Positions 16,791 to 25,839 of a stretch of DNA of 29,571 nt are shown in pieces. Position 1 is the stretch's first letter. Each line of letters starts with the position of its first letter. The translations under genes and the position numbers were made by a program. The DNA lies in assembly GCA_035063585.1 (NCBI GenBank), contig JAPSGB010000054.1, positions 1 to 29,571 on the forward strand, read 5' to 3'. The DNA comes from Polyangiaceae bacterium. Its GTDB lineage: Bacteria > Myxococcota_A > Polyangia > Polyangiales > Polyangiaceae. Below the pieces are notes generated by a model. The model made no database searches and had not been told where the DNA came from. It worked only from the letters and a program-made list of their open reading frames with translations.

Positions 16791-18245
16791 ATGCCGAAGC
16801 CAGCGAGCGGAGAAGTCTACTGGACGTCGGAAGGCGCCGTCGCGCGCGTCACGCTGCAAGGGCGCACGCGCCGGCCGTTCCTCATGCCGACGATCGCGCC
16901 GGGCGACGACGCCGCGGCGAAGGCGCGCGCCGGCGTGCTCGCCACGCTCGCCCAGCGCTTCCGGCGCGCGAAGCTCATCGGCGATGCACGCGTGCTCCCG
17001 CTGCTCGAGATGGCCGCCGAGAAGCCGGACGCGTTGCTGCCCGGCGTGCTCGAGCTCTGCGAAGAGCTGCTCGGCGGCAAGGCCCCGGTCACGACGTCTG
17101 GCGCGCCCACGTTCGGCGAGCTCGCGCGCCGGTGGACGAGCGGCGAGCTGCACCGCGACTTTCCGGACCACGTGCGCGCGAAGGACTCGCGCCTGGACGC
17201 GACGCGCCTCGAGGCCCTCGGCGCCGTCGACGTGGGCGGCATCAAGCTCGCCGACGTGCCGATCGACCGGTTCACCCTCGAGCACGCCGAGCTCGCGATG
17301 CGCCACCTGCCGGAGACGGCGCGGACGCCGGCGACGCGCCGGGGCTACGCGCAGATCATCCACCGCGTGCTCGCGCTCGCGGTCTACCCGTGCCGCATCA
17401 TCACGGCGAGCCCCCTGCCGCGCGGGTTCCTGCCGAAGCCGGGCAAGCCACCGGCGCACCCGTACCTGTACCCGGACGAGGAGCGCGCGCTGCTCGCGAG
17501 CTCGGCGCCGCTGCCCGATCGGATGCTCTTCGGGTTCCTCGCCCGCGAGGGGATGCGCTCGAGCGAGGCCCGGGCGCTGCGCTGGCGCGACCTCGACCTC
17601 GAGCGCGGCGCCGTGGCCCTGGACAAGAACAAGACCGACGACGCCCGCGCGTGGGCGCTCGACCCGGGCGTAACGGCCGCCCTGCGCGCGTACAAGGCGC
17701 GCTGGCGAGCGAAGGCCAAGCCGGACGACCTCGTGTTCCTGGACGCGGACGGCGAGCCCTACAGGCGCGACAAGCTGGCCGAGCTGCTCCGCGCGTCCCT
17801 GAAGGCCGCGGGCGTCGAGCGCGCCGAGCTCTTCGACGACGGGGAGAACCGCGGCCGGCTCCGCGCCCACGACCTGCGCGCCACGTTCGTCACGCTGAAC
17901 CTGGCCGCCGGGCGCTCCGAGGCGTGGATCGCCGACCGCACCGGGCACACCACGTCGGCGATGATCAACCGCTACCGGCGCGCCGCCAGGTCGGCTAAGG
18001 AGCTCGGGATCGGTCAGCTCGCCCCGATGGCCGAGGCAATCCCCGAGCTCGATTGCCCGACGATTACCCCGCCGCCCGACTTGCGCGGCCGGCGCGAAGC
18101 AGCTAAGAGCGCGACACCAAAAGCAAAGCCGAAGTGGCGGAACTGGCAGACGCGGCGGACTCAAAATCCGCTGCCCGTAAGGGCTTGTGGGTTCGAGTCC
18201 CACCTTCGGTACCGAGAGAGCGCGAGCGCGCGAGGGGCGGGGTGA
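16791..18245 (+). CDS. int: Tyrosine recombinase/integrase (integrated-state allele, reads through attR and the tRNA)
   Basis: GGAGGA RBS; catalytic motifs EGMRSSEA, KNKT, HDLRAT, TGHTT, NRY. Confidence 0.95.
   Translation: MPKPASGEVYWTSEGAVARVTLQGRTRRPFLMPTIAPGDDAAAKARAGVLATLAQRFRRAKLIGDARVLPLLEMAAEKPDALLPGVLELCEELLGGKAPVTTSGAPTFGELARRWTSGELHRDFPDHVRAKDSRLDATRLEALGAVDVGGIKLADVPIDRFTLEHAELAMRHLPETARTPATRRGYAQIIHRVLALAVYPCRIITASPLPRGFLPKPGKPPAHPYLYPDEERALLASSAPLPDRMLFGFLAREGMRSSEARALRWRDLDLERGAVALDKNKTDDARAWALDPGVTAALRAYKARWRAKAKPDDLVFLDADGEPYRRDKLAELLRASLKAAGVERAELFDDGENRGRLRAHDLRATFVTLNLAAGRSEAWIADRTGHTTSAMINRYRRAARSAKELGIGQLAPMAEAIPELDCPTITPPPDLRGRREAAKSATPKAKPKWRNWQTRRTQNPLPVRACGFESHLRYRESASARGAG
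18127..18166 (+). repeat. attR 40-bp direct repeat
   Basis: Identical to 7831-7870. Confidence 0.95.
18128..18211 (+). tRNA. tRNA-Leu(CAA)
   Basis: Acceptor gccgaag/cttcggt, D-arm with TGGCAGAC, anticodon arm gcgga-ctCAAaa-tccgc, long variable arm gccc-gtaa-gggc, T-arm gtggg-TTCGAGT-cccac, discriminator A; complete CCA not encoded. Confidence 0.96.
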
Positions 18246-18271
18246 CGCCAGCGCCGAGCGGAGAGAGAGCG

Positions 18272-18874
18272 ATGAGCCGCGGCAAGAAGCAGAGCGACGG
18301 ACCGGCGCTGGTCGGCTCCCTCCTCGGGCGCCTCGTGCGTCCGCCGGGCGCGCCGCCCGCGGTGGACGCAGAGCTCTGGCGCCGGGCGGTCGGGCCGCGC
18401 ATCGCCGCGCGGAGCGCGCCCGGCTCGCTCTCGAAGGGCACGCTCACGGTGCGCGTCGCCTCACCGACCTGGGCGCAGGAGCTCTCGCTGCTCTCGGACG
18501 AGATCCGCCGGCGGCTCGGGGAGGCGGGAGTGGCCGTGGAGTCGGTTCGCTTCCGCGTGGACGGTCGCGCCGGAGCCGAGACGGGCGCGGTGACCGAGCG
18601 TCAGCCCCCGCGACCGCCGGTTCCGCTCCCGCCCGAGCTCGCCGCGCGGATCGACGCGATCGACGATCCCGAGCTCCGGCGAGTCATGACGCGGGCCGCG
18701 CGCTACTCGCTCGCGCAAGCCGCGGCGCCGCCGCTCAGCGCGCCGCCGCTCAGCGCGCCGCCGCGAGCCGCTCGAGCCCCTCGAGCCGCTGGAGCACGAA
18801 GCGATCGGCCGGCCCGAGCTCGCCCCGAATCGACTGGAGGGACGCGACGTAGTCGCGGAGACCGGCGAGGTTGA
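18272..18874 (+). CDS. DUF721/DciA family protein
   Basis: WRRAVGPRIAARSAPGSLSKGTLTVRVASPTWAQELSLLSDEIRRRL. Confidence 0.85.
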   Translation: MSRGKKQSDGPALVGSLLGRLVRPPGAPPAVDAELWRRAVGPRIAARSAPGSLSKGTLTVRVASPTWAQELSLLSDEIRRRLGEAGVAVESVRFRVDGRAGAETGAVTERQPPRPPVPLPPELAARIDAIDDPELRRVMTRAARYSLAQAAAPPLSAPPLSAPPRAARAPRAAGARSDRPARARPESTGGTRRSRGDRRG

Positions 18875-19655
18875 CGGACGAGACCCGCCGGAGCGCGGAG
18901 TAGAGCTCGTCGACCACCGCCGCCGGGAGCGGTCGCCCGAGCGCCCGGTAGACCTCGACGAGATAATCCACCCACTCCCCCTTGCCGGTGGCGACCGCGA
19001 GCTTCAGCGCCCAGCCTGCGGCGCGTTCGGCGCGCCCGGGCTCCAGCCGATGCTCGGCGGCCGCCTTCGCCACCGCCGCGAGCGGTGCCGTGAGCAAGCG
19101 CTCGGCCTCCTCGGCGCGCCCGAGCGCGAGCACCTTCTCGGCCAGGCCCCCGAGGAGCTCGAAGGACTGCCCGGTGGGCTCCGCGAGCTCGTCGCGGAGG
19201 GCGCCCGCGCGCCCCGCGGCGAGCGGCGACTCGATCCCGTGGAGCGTCTCGGCGGTGAACCGCTGCGTCGTCGCCACCGAGAGCGACGGCCGCTTCAGAC
19301 GGAAAACCGAGAACTCCTGCTTGCCGATGACCACGCGGTCCCCCGGGGCGAGCTCACGACGCCCCTCGACGCGCTCGCCGTTCACGAGCACGCCGTTCAC
19401 GCTCTCGAGATCGGTGAGCCAGGCGCGGCCGTCCTCGAGCACGAACTCGGCGTGACGGCGTGACGCCAGCGCGTCGTCCAGCACTACCTGGCAGTTGGCG
19501 CCGCGCCCAACCACGAGCGGGCTCGCGCGGAGCTCGAAGCGATTCCCCAGATGCTCGAGCCACCACCGGTGCGACTCGACGGCATCCTCGCGGGGAGTAA
19601 CGGGCGGAGTCGGTCGCGGCGGTTCGGACACGGGCGGCTGGTCCTCTCGACCCAC
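18750..19655 (-). CDS. FHA domain protein (paralog 3)
   Basis: VVGRGANCQVVLDDALASRRHA...DLESVNGVLVNG; start uncertain. Confidence 0.9.
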   Translation of the reverse strand: MGREDQPPVSEPPRPTPPVTPREDAVESHRWWLEHLGNRFELRASPLVVGRGANCQVVLDDALASRRHAEFVLEDGRAWLTDLESVNGVLVNGERVEGRRELAPGDRVVIGKQEFSVFRLKRPSLSVATTQRFTAETLHGIESPLAAGRAGALRDELAEPTGQSFELLGGLAEKVLALGRAEEAERLLTAPLAAVAKAAAEHRLEPGRAERAAGWALKLAVATGKGEWVDYLVEVYRALGRPLPAAVVDELYSALRRVSSVNLAGLRDYVASLQSIRGELGPADRFVLQRLEGLERLAAAR

Positions 19656-19717
19656 CGGTCGATGCTACACGATAGCTGGACGCGCCGCGTACGTCGAGCC
19701 TCGCGCTCCGGCGCCGC

Positions 19718-20455
19718 TCACTTCAGGGCGGCGACGCGTTCGAGCCCGTCGAGCCGGCTCACCAGGAAGCGCTCCGCCGGACCGAGCCCCTCGCGGGCGC
19801 GCTCACGGGCGACGTAGGCGCGCAGTCGCGCGAGATCGACCGAGCCCACCCGGCTCATCACCGCGTAGAGCTCATCGACGACCGAGGTCGGGCACATCCG
19901 CTCCGCGCGCCCATAGAGCTCCACGACCCAATCGACCCAGCGCGCGCGCCCGGTCGCGGCGGCGAGCTTCAAGGCCCTGAGCGCCGTGCGCTCGAGCGTC
20001 TCGGCGGAGGTGGCCGGCGTCACGGTGCGCGTGAAGCCGGTGAGCGCCCCGCCGAGCAGTCGCTCGGCCTCGTCGCCGCGCCCGAGCAGGATGGCCTTGT
20101 CCGCGAGCTCGGCGAGCACCGAGAGGGCGGACTCACGGCTGGCGCGGGCGTCGAGCGTCGCGCCGCGCGCGGACTGCGGCTCGAGCCCGAAGACGAGCCG
20201 CTGCGAGCCAATCGTGATCTCGTCGCCGGGGGCGAGCGTCCGCGCGCCCTGGAGCCGGTGCTCGTTGACGCGGACGCCGTTCCGGCTGCCGAGATCCTCG
20301 AGCGTCGCTCCGTCGCGCGAGACGATGAGCGCCGCGTGGGCTCGCGACACGAGCGGGTCGTCGAGCGAGAGCTGACACTCGGGGCTCCGGCCGATGAGAA
20401 ACCGGCCCTCGTTCAGCTCGAAATCATGGCTCTGGTAACGAAGGAAGAACCCCAT
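19718..20455 (-). CDS. FHA domain protein (paralog 2)
   Basis: LIGRSPECQLSLDDPLVSRAHA...DLGSRNGVRVN. Confidence 0.92.
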   Translation of the reverse strand: MGFFLRYQSHDFELNEGRFLIGRSPECQLSLDDPLVSRAHAALIVSRDGATLEDLGSRNGVRVNEHRLQGARTLAPGDEITIGSQRLVFGLEPQSARGATLDARASRESALSVLAELADKAILLGRGDEAERLLGGALTGFTRTVTPATSAETLERTALRALKLAAATGRARWVDWVVELYGRAERMCPTSVVDELYAVMSRVGSVDLARLRAYVARERAREGLGPAERFLVSRLDGLERVAALK

Positions 20456-21330
20456 CAGCCCTCACCGCGCCCGCCCGCGGTGAGCGACAGGAGCTCGGAG
20501 AACGCCTCCGCGTCATCCGGCGACGGGCCACCCTGCGCGCGGACGTGCTCCACCACGCGGGTCGCCTCGGGCAGCAGCGTCGCGAGCGCGACCGGCGGGA
20601 GCGTCGAGAGCAGGAGCGAGAGCCGCGCGCTCGGCATGAACCCCACGTGGCGGTACACGCCGAAGAGCCACGCGGCCCACTCGCCGCGTTGCTGCTGGAG
20701 CGCGAGCTTGCCTGCCGGACCGGCGAGCGCGTCGAGCTCCTCGCGCCCGACCGTTTGCCCCGAGGCGAGCCGCTCGTCGACGTTGGCGCGGGCGCGCCCG
20801 AGCGTTCGCTCGACCTCGTCCCAGCGCTCGAGCGACACCGCGCGTTCGAGCACCTCGAGCAGCAACTCGAGCGCCCAGTCGCGCGCCCGGCTCGAAGATA
20901 TGCCGGTGATGGTGTCCTCGTCCGCGCGCGCACCCGAACCGCAGCTCGGGCAGCTCCCGAGCTCGGTGGCGTACGGCAAGCCGCACCCCGCGCAGTGACA
21001 GAGAAAGCCCGTCGGCCGAGCGGCGTGCGCCTCCTTCGTATCCGCCGAGGTGGCGGCGAAGAAGACCACCTCCTGGGTCCCGATGCGGATCCGATCGCCA
21101 TCGACCAGCGACTGCCGCCCGGTCACCATGCGCCCGTTCACGAGCACGCCGTTGCGCGAGCCGAGATCCTCGACGGTCGCCGCGTCACCGGTGACGCGGA
21201 TCCTCGCGTGCTGGCGCGACACCAGCGGATCCTCGAGGGTCACCTGACAGCTCGAGCTCCGGCCGATGATGGTGTCCCCCCGAGGCAGGTCGATCTCCTG
21301 CAACAGAAACCGGAGGCGATACCTTGACAC
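20455..21330 (-). CDS. FHA domain protein with zinc ribbon (paralog 1)
   Basis: IIGRSSSCQVTLEDPLVSRQHA...DLGSRNGVLVNG; CAGC...CPSC; TGATG coupling to next gene. Confidence 0.92.
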   Translation of the reverse strand: MSRYRLRFLLQEIDLPRGDTIIGRSSSCQVTLEDPLVSRQHARIRVTGDAATVEDLGSRNGVLVNGRMVTGRQSLVDGDRIRIGTQEVVFFAATSADTKEAHAARPTGFLCHCAGCGLPYATELGSCPSCGSGARADEDTITGISSSRARDWALELLLEVLERAVSLERWDEVERTLGRARANVDERLASGQTVGREELDALAGPAGKLALQQQRGEWAAWLFGVYRHVGFMPSARLSLLLSTLPPVALATLLPEATRVVEHVRAQGGPSPDDAEAFSELLSLTAGGRGEG

Positions 21331-21489
21331 GCTGCTCTACTCTCGCGCCGCGACGACCGCGGTTCCCTCAAGGTAGCCAGCCTCTCGCGCGCGGTCAAAG
21401 CCGACCGCTTCCACGGGTGAAGACCGCCGGGTCCGCGTTGCGGGCGTCCGTCCTTGCCCCACACGCGGCGTCGTGCGCTCCTATCGCCC

Positions 21490-22305
21490 ATGAACGCCCC
21501 CGCGCTACGTCACGCTGCCGGTCTCGGCGCCGGACTGCTCGTCGTGCTCGCTCCCCAGCTCGCGGCCGCCGAGGCGCCGCCGAGGCCCGCGCCGCCGCTC
21601 GCGGAGAGCGCGCCGCCGCGCGCGGAGAGCGCTCCCGCGACGCCCGCTGCGACCCCGCCCGCTGCGACCCCGCCCGCGCCGGCGCCCGCGGAGAGCGCTC
21701 CCGCGACGCCCGCTGCGACCCCGCCCGCCGCAAGCCCGCCCGCGCCGGCGCCCCCGAGCGCTCCCACGACGCCCGCCGCAAGCCCACCCGCGCCGGCGCG
21801 ACCCGCGCCGCGAGCCGCTCCCGATCCGGCGACCGCAGTCGTACACCTCTACGTGAGCCGCCCAGGCGCGTGGCTCGAGCTGCGCGACTCCGTCGATCAG
21901 ACGCCGTGGCGGCGCGCCTGCTTCGCGCCGTGCGACGCGCGCCTGCGCGTCGACGGTATGGAGGCGCGCGTGGCCGGCCCCGACCTCACGACCTCGAACC
22001 CGTTCCGCATCGCGCCGGGCCGCGGCACGGTGCGCCTCGCCGCCGCTGCGGGGTCACCGACGGCGCGCTCCATCGGCACCGTTGGCATGATCGCCGGCGT
22101 GCCCATCACGCTCGGCGGCATGGGCCTCTACGGCTATGGCCGCTACGAAGCTCAGCCGGCCGCTCGCACCGCCGGCATCGTCGCGCTCGCGGTGGGCGCC
22201 ATCACCGTGCTGGGCTCGCTCCCCTTCCTCGCCGCGGGCTCGACGACCGTCCGCACCGCCGACGGCAAGACCATCGCGCGCCGCGCCGCGCCGCCGCGCT
22301 TCTGA
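21490..22305 (+). CDS. Exported/membrane protein with Pro/Ala-rich repeats
   Basis: Signal-peptide-like N-terminus; AESAPATPAATPPA duplicated (21621-21662, 21687-21728); two C-terminal hydrophobic helices. Confidence 0.75.
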   Translation: MNAPALRHAAGLGAGLLVVLAPQLAAAEAPPRPAPPLAESAPPRAESAPATPAATPPAATPPAPAPAESAPATPAATPPAASPPAPAPPSAPTTPAASPPAPARPAPRAAPDPATAVVHLYVSRPGAWLELRDSVDQTPWRRACFAPCDARLRVDGMEARVAGPDLTTSNPFRIAPGRGTVRLAAAAGSPTARSIGTVGMIAGVPITLGGMGLYGYGRYEAQPAARTAGIVALAVGAITVLGSLPFLAAGSTTVRTADGKTIARRAAPPRF

Positions 22306-22309
22306 CCGC

Positions 22310-22395
22310 GCCGCCGGCCGCGCCGGCCCGACCAAACTTTCCTCGTGGAAGTGCCGCCGGCCGCGCCGGCGCGACCAAACTTTCCTCGTGGAAGT
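22310..22395. repeat. Tandem 43-bp duplication between convergent genes
   Basis: gccgccggccgcgccggc(c/g)cgaccaaactttcctcgtggaagt at 22310-22352 and 22353-22395, one mismatch. Confidence 0.9.
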
Positions 22396-22431
22396 GGGGT
22401 CGATCCGGCGCGAAACCGGGCGCGGGTCGCC

Positions 22432-23514
22432 TCAGCCCTTCTTGAAATCCTTCATGAAGTCGGCGAGCGCTTGGCACCATGCGAGCGGCACCGCGTTGTA
22501 CGTGGAGGCGCGCACGCCGCCCACCGAGCGGTGCCCCTTCAGGCCGACCATGCCGGCCTGCTGGGCGGCGGCGATGAACTCCGCCTCGAGCTCGGGCGTC
22601 GGGAGGTTGAAGACGATGTTCATATACGAGCGAGATGGTTTTTCTACCGGCGACGAGTAGAAGTCCGGGCGAGCGTCCATCGCGGCGTAGACGACCCCGG
22701 CCTTCTCGCGGTTACGCTGCTCCATCGCCGTGAGCCCGCCCTCGCTCTTGACGACCGAGAGCACGTTGCGGAGCAGATAGATGCTGAAGGTCGGAGGCGT
22801 GTTGTAGAGGGAGTCGTCGGCGGCCTGGGTGCGATACTGGAAGATCTTGGGGATGTCCTTCCGCCCCGCCTCGACCAGCGCCTTGTTCACGATCACGACC
22901 ACCAGGCCCGACGGGCCGAGGTTCTTCTGGGCGCCGGCGTAGATGAGGCCGAACTTCGAGACGTCGGTGGGGCGCCACATGATGTCGCTCGACATGTCGG
23001 CGACCAGCGGCACCGCGCCGGTGTTCGGGAGCGACTGCCACTCGGTGCCGGCGATGGTGTTGTTGCTGGTGATGTGGACGTAGGCGGCCTTGGGATCGAG
23101 CTCGAGCTCGCTCTCGGCGGGGATGCGCGGAAACTTCCCGTCCTGCTCGGTGGTCGCGGCGACCCGCGCGGTGCCCACCGTCTTCGCCTCGCCGAAGGCC
23201 TTCTTCGACCAGGTGCCCGTGATCACGTAGTCGGCGCTCTGCCCGGCCGCGAGGAGGTTCATCGGCACCACCGCGAACTGCTGGCTCGCGCCGCCCTGGA
23301 GCAGGAGGACGTCGTAGTCGGCCGGCACCGCGAGCAGCTCGCGCACCAGCCCGAGCGCCTCGCGGTGGATGGCGTCGTACGCCTTGCCCCGGTGGCTGTG
23401 CTCGATGACGCTCATCCCCGTCCCGCCGAGCTCGAGCAGCTCCTCCTTCGCGCGCTCGAGCGCCGCCAGGGGCAGCGTGGCCGGACCAGCGTTGAAATTC
23501 ATGACTCTTGCCAT
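22432..23514 (-). CDS. serC: 3-phosphoserine/phosphohydroxythreonine aminotransferase
   Basis: [60 protein letters not shown]. Confidence 0.98.
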   Translation of the reverse strand: MARVMNFNAGPATLPLAALERAKEELLELGGTGMSVIEHSHRGKAYDAIHREALGLVRELLAVPADYDVLLLQGGASQQFAVVPMNLLAAGQSADYVITGTWSKKAFGEAKTVGTARVAATTEQDGKFPRIPAESELELDPKAAYVHITSNNTIAGTEWQSLPNTGAVPLVADMSSDIMWRPTDVSKFGLIYAGAQKNLGPSGLVVVIVNKALVEAGRKDIPKIFQYRTQAADDSLYNTPPTFSIYLLRNVLSVVKSEGGLTAMEQRNREKAGVVYAAMDARPDFYSSPVEKPSRSYMNIVFNLPTPELEAEFIAAAQQAGMVGLKGHRSVGGVRASTYNAVPLAWCQALADFMKDFKKG

Positions 23515-23642
23515 GTGACCTCCGTAGGCCGCGCGGCGTACCGCTCTGGACGCGACGCGTCAAGGTGAGCGCGGGGAGCGCCGGACGACGCGCGCCCGGC
23601 TACCGCGCCGCGACGCGGGCCACATGGGCCCGGCTCCGCCGC

Positions 23643-24272
23643 TCACTCGAGCGCGTCGCCGGCCACGGCGCGGAGCGCCTCCAGCGAGATGGCCCCCACG
23701 CGAGCGACCCGCGCGCGGGCGCCCTCGACCGTCACCACCGTCGAAGGCGCGCCGCCGGGCGCGAGCCCGTCGACGACGAGCAGACGGTGCTCGCCCATCG
23801 CATGCGAGAAGCTCGCGCGAACCTGGGCGGCGTCACGCGCCGGCGCCTCGCCCGGCAGGTTGGCGCTGGTCGCCGAGAGCGGCCGGCCGAGCGCGCGCGC
23901 GAGCGCCGCGGCGACCGACGCGCCCGGCAGCCGCACCGCCAGCGTACGGTCGAGGACCAGCCGCTCGTCGACGCCGGCCCGTGCCGGGAGCGCGATGGTG
24001 AGCGGCCCCGGCCAGAACGCCGCGGCGAGCTCGCAGGCGAGCGGCGGGAGCGCCTCGGCGAGCCCCGACCAGGCCCCATAGGACGGCAGGAGCACCGGCA
24101 TCCCCTTGCTCGGCGCGCGCGGCTTCAGCGCGAGGAGCCGCGACACGGCCGCCGGCCGCGTGACGTCGGCAAGCAGCCCGAAGAAGGTCTCGGTGGGCGC
24201 CGCGACCACCCCGCCCTCGGCGAGCCAGGCGAGCGCCTCGGCGCTCACGCTCGGGACGCCCGGCGCGCTCAC
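23643..24272 (-). CDS. tsaC: L-threonylcarbamoyladenylate synthase (Sua5/YrdC family)
   Basis: VVAAPTETFFGL, LKPR...KGMPVL, FWPGPLTI, AVRLP, ATSANLPG, PSTVV, RVGAI. Confidence 0.92.
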   Translation of the reverse strand: MSAPGVPSVSAEALAWLAEGGVVAAPTETFFGLLADVTRPAAVSRLLALKPRAPSKGMPVLLPSYGAWSGLAEALPPLACELAAAFWPGPLTIALPARAGVDERLVLDRTLAVRLPGASVAAALARALGRPLSATSANLPGEAPARDAAQVRASFSHAMGEHRLLVVDGLAPGGAPSTVVTVEGARARVARVGAISLEALRAVAGDALE

Positions 24273-25567
24273 GCGCGCGCCGTGAGCGCGCGCGCCGCGA
24301 TGTCGCGGCGCAGCTGCTTGCCTTCGAAGTGGATGAGCTCGGCGGCGCGATAGGCGCGCGCGTGCGCCTCCTCGAGCGACGCGCCGCGCGCGGTGACGCC
24401 CAGCACCCGCCCGCCCGAGGTGAGCAGCCGCGCGCCGTCGCGACGGGTCCCGGCGTGATACACGGTCACCCCGCCGATCTCCTCGGCGGCCTCGACTCCC
24501 GTGATGACGTCACCCGTGCGCGGCGTGCCGGGATAGCCCGCCGCTGCGAGCACCACGCACACCGCGTGCTCGCCGCTCGCCCGGAGCGAGCCGGGCTCGA
24601 GCGCGCCGTCGGCGGCGCGGAAGAGCGCCTCCGCGAGATCGCCCTCGATGACGCTCATCAGCACCTGTGTCTCGGGATCGCCGAACCGCACGTTGAACTC
24701 GAGGAGCACCGGCTCGCCCGCGGGCGTGAGCATGATCCCGGCGAAGAGCGCGCCCCGATACGGGGTGCCCTCGCTCGCCATGCCGTCGACCGCGCGCTGC
24801 AGGAGCTCACGCTCGATCTGCTCGGCGAGCGCCGGCGTGATCACCGGCGTGGGCGCGTAGGTGCCCATCCCGCCGGTGTTGGGACCGGTGTCGCCGTCAC
24901 CGATGCGCTTGTGATCCTGCGCGGCCGGGAGCACGAGCGCGCGCTCACCGTCGCAGATGGCGTGGACGCTCGCCTCGACACCGGCGAGCCGCTCCTCGAT
25001 GACGACCGTGAGCCCCGCGGCGCCGAACCTCGCGCCGAGCAGCATCTCGCGCGACGCGCGGATGGCCTCGTCGTGCGACTCGGCGACCACCACGCCCTTT
25101 CCCGCGCAGAGCCCGTCTGCCTTCACGACCGGCGGCTCGGCGAATCCGCGCACCACGGCCTCGACCTCGGCGGCGCTGGTCACCACCTCGTGACGCGCGG
25201 TCCGGAGCCCGTGGCGCTTCGCGAAGTCCTTCATGAAGCGCTTCGAGCCCTCGAGCTGCGCCGCCGCGCGGCTCGGACCGAACACGCGGAGCCCGCGCGC
25301 CCGGAGCGCATCGGCGACGCCGTCGCAGAGCGGCGCCTCGGGGCCGATGACCACGAGGTCGGGCCGCTCGCGCTCCGCGACCGCGAGCGTGTCGCCCGCG
25401 ACGGTCACGAGCGCCGCGCCGGCGCCCCGCGGCGCCGGCCGCGCCGTGCCGCCATTGCCCGGGAGCACCATCACCGTCGCGACCGACGGCGACCTCGCGA
25501 GCCGCACCGCGAGCGCGTGCTCGCGTCCTCCCGAGCCCACCACGAGGATCTTTCTCCCGGCGCTCAT
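24269..25567 (-). CDS. purD: Phosphoribosylamine--glycine ligase
   Basis: KILVVGSGGREHALA, LEGSKRFMK, VVKADGLCAGKGV, QDHKRIGDGDTGPNTGGMG, EFNVRFGDPETQ; ATG at 25567. Confidence 0.98.
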   Translation of the reverse strand: MSAGRKILVVGSGGREHALAVRLARSPSVATVMVLPGNGGTARPAPRGAGAALVTVAGDTLAVAERERPDLVVIGPEAPLCDGVADALRARGLRVFGPSRAAAQLEGSKRFMKDFAKRHGLRTARHEVVTSAAEVEAVVRGFAEPPVVKADGLCAGKGVVVAESHDEAIRASREMLLGARFGAAGLTVVIEERLAGVEASVHAICDGERALVLPAAQDHKRIGDGDTGPNTGGMGTYAPTPVITPALAEQIERELLQRAVDGMASEGTPYRGALFAGIMLTPAGEPVLLEFNVRFGDPETQVLMSVIEGDLAEALFRAADGALEPGSLRASGEHAVCVVLAAAGYPGTPRTGDVITGVEAAEEIGGVTVYHAGTRRDGARLLTSGGRVLGVTARGASLEEAHARAYRAAELIHFEGKQLRRDIAARALTARA

Positions 25568-25839
25568 CGCGCGGGATAGTGGCACTCGGCAGCCGCGCGG
25601 GCGAGCGCTATCGCGGGACCGGCGAGACGGGAGGCGCGCCGGCGTGACGCTGCGCGTGGTCCGGCCGTACCCGAGCACGCGCTCGAGCTCGACTCGCGCG
25701 CTCATCCCGCGCTCTTGCGGCCACGCGAATGCCGCAGAAGGGCGGCCTACTCGTGTTTGCCGACGGAACCCGCAGAAATCCTCCCGGGCCGCCACGCGGG
25801 CTACCGCGCCGGACCGGCAGTCCCTCGCGGGCTCCCATG

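Larger units (their letters stand above)
7831..18166 (+). mobile_element. ~10.3-kb integrated phage-satellite-like element in tRNA-Leu(CAA)
   Basis: Exact terminal direct repeats, tyrosine integrase, primase-helicase, Xis-like HTH, S49 protease and many small coupled ORFs, all on + strand. Predicted circle 10,296 bp. Confidence 0.9.

Noticed and set aside
7831..18166. Complete prophage or conjugative element
   Set aside because: No recognisable terminase, portal, capsid, tail, lysis, relaxase or T4SS genes; too small.
22310..22395. Mini CRISPR array
   Set aside because: Two abutting copies including the would-be spacer; simple duplication.
25568..25795. N-terminal extension of purD
   Set aside because: PurD homology starts at KILVVGSGGREHA just after ATG 25567.
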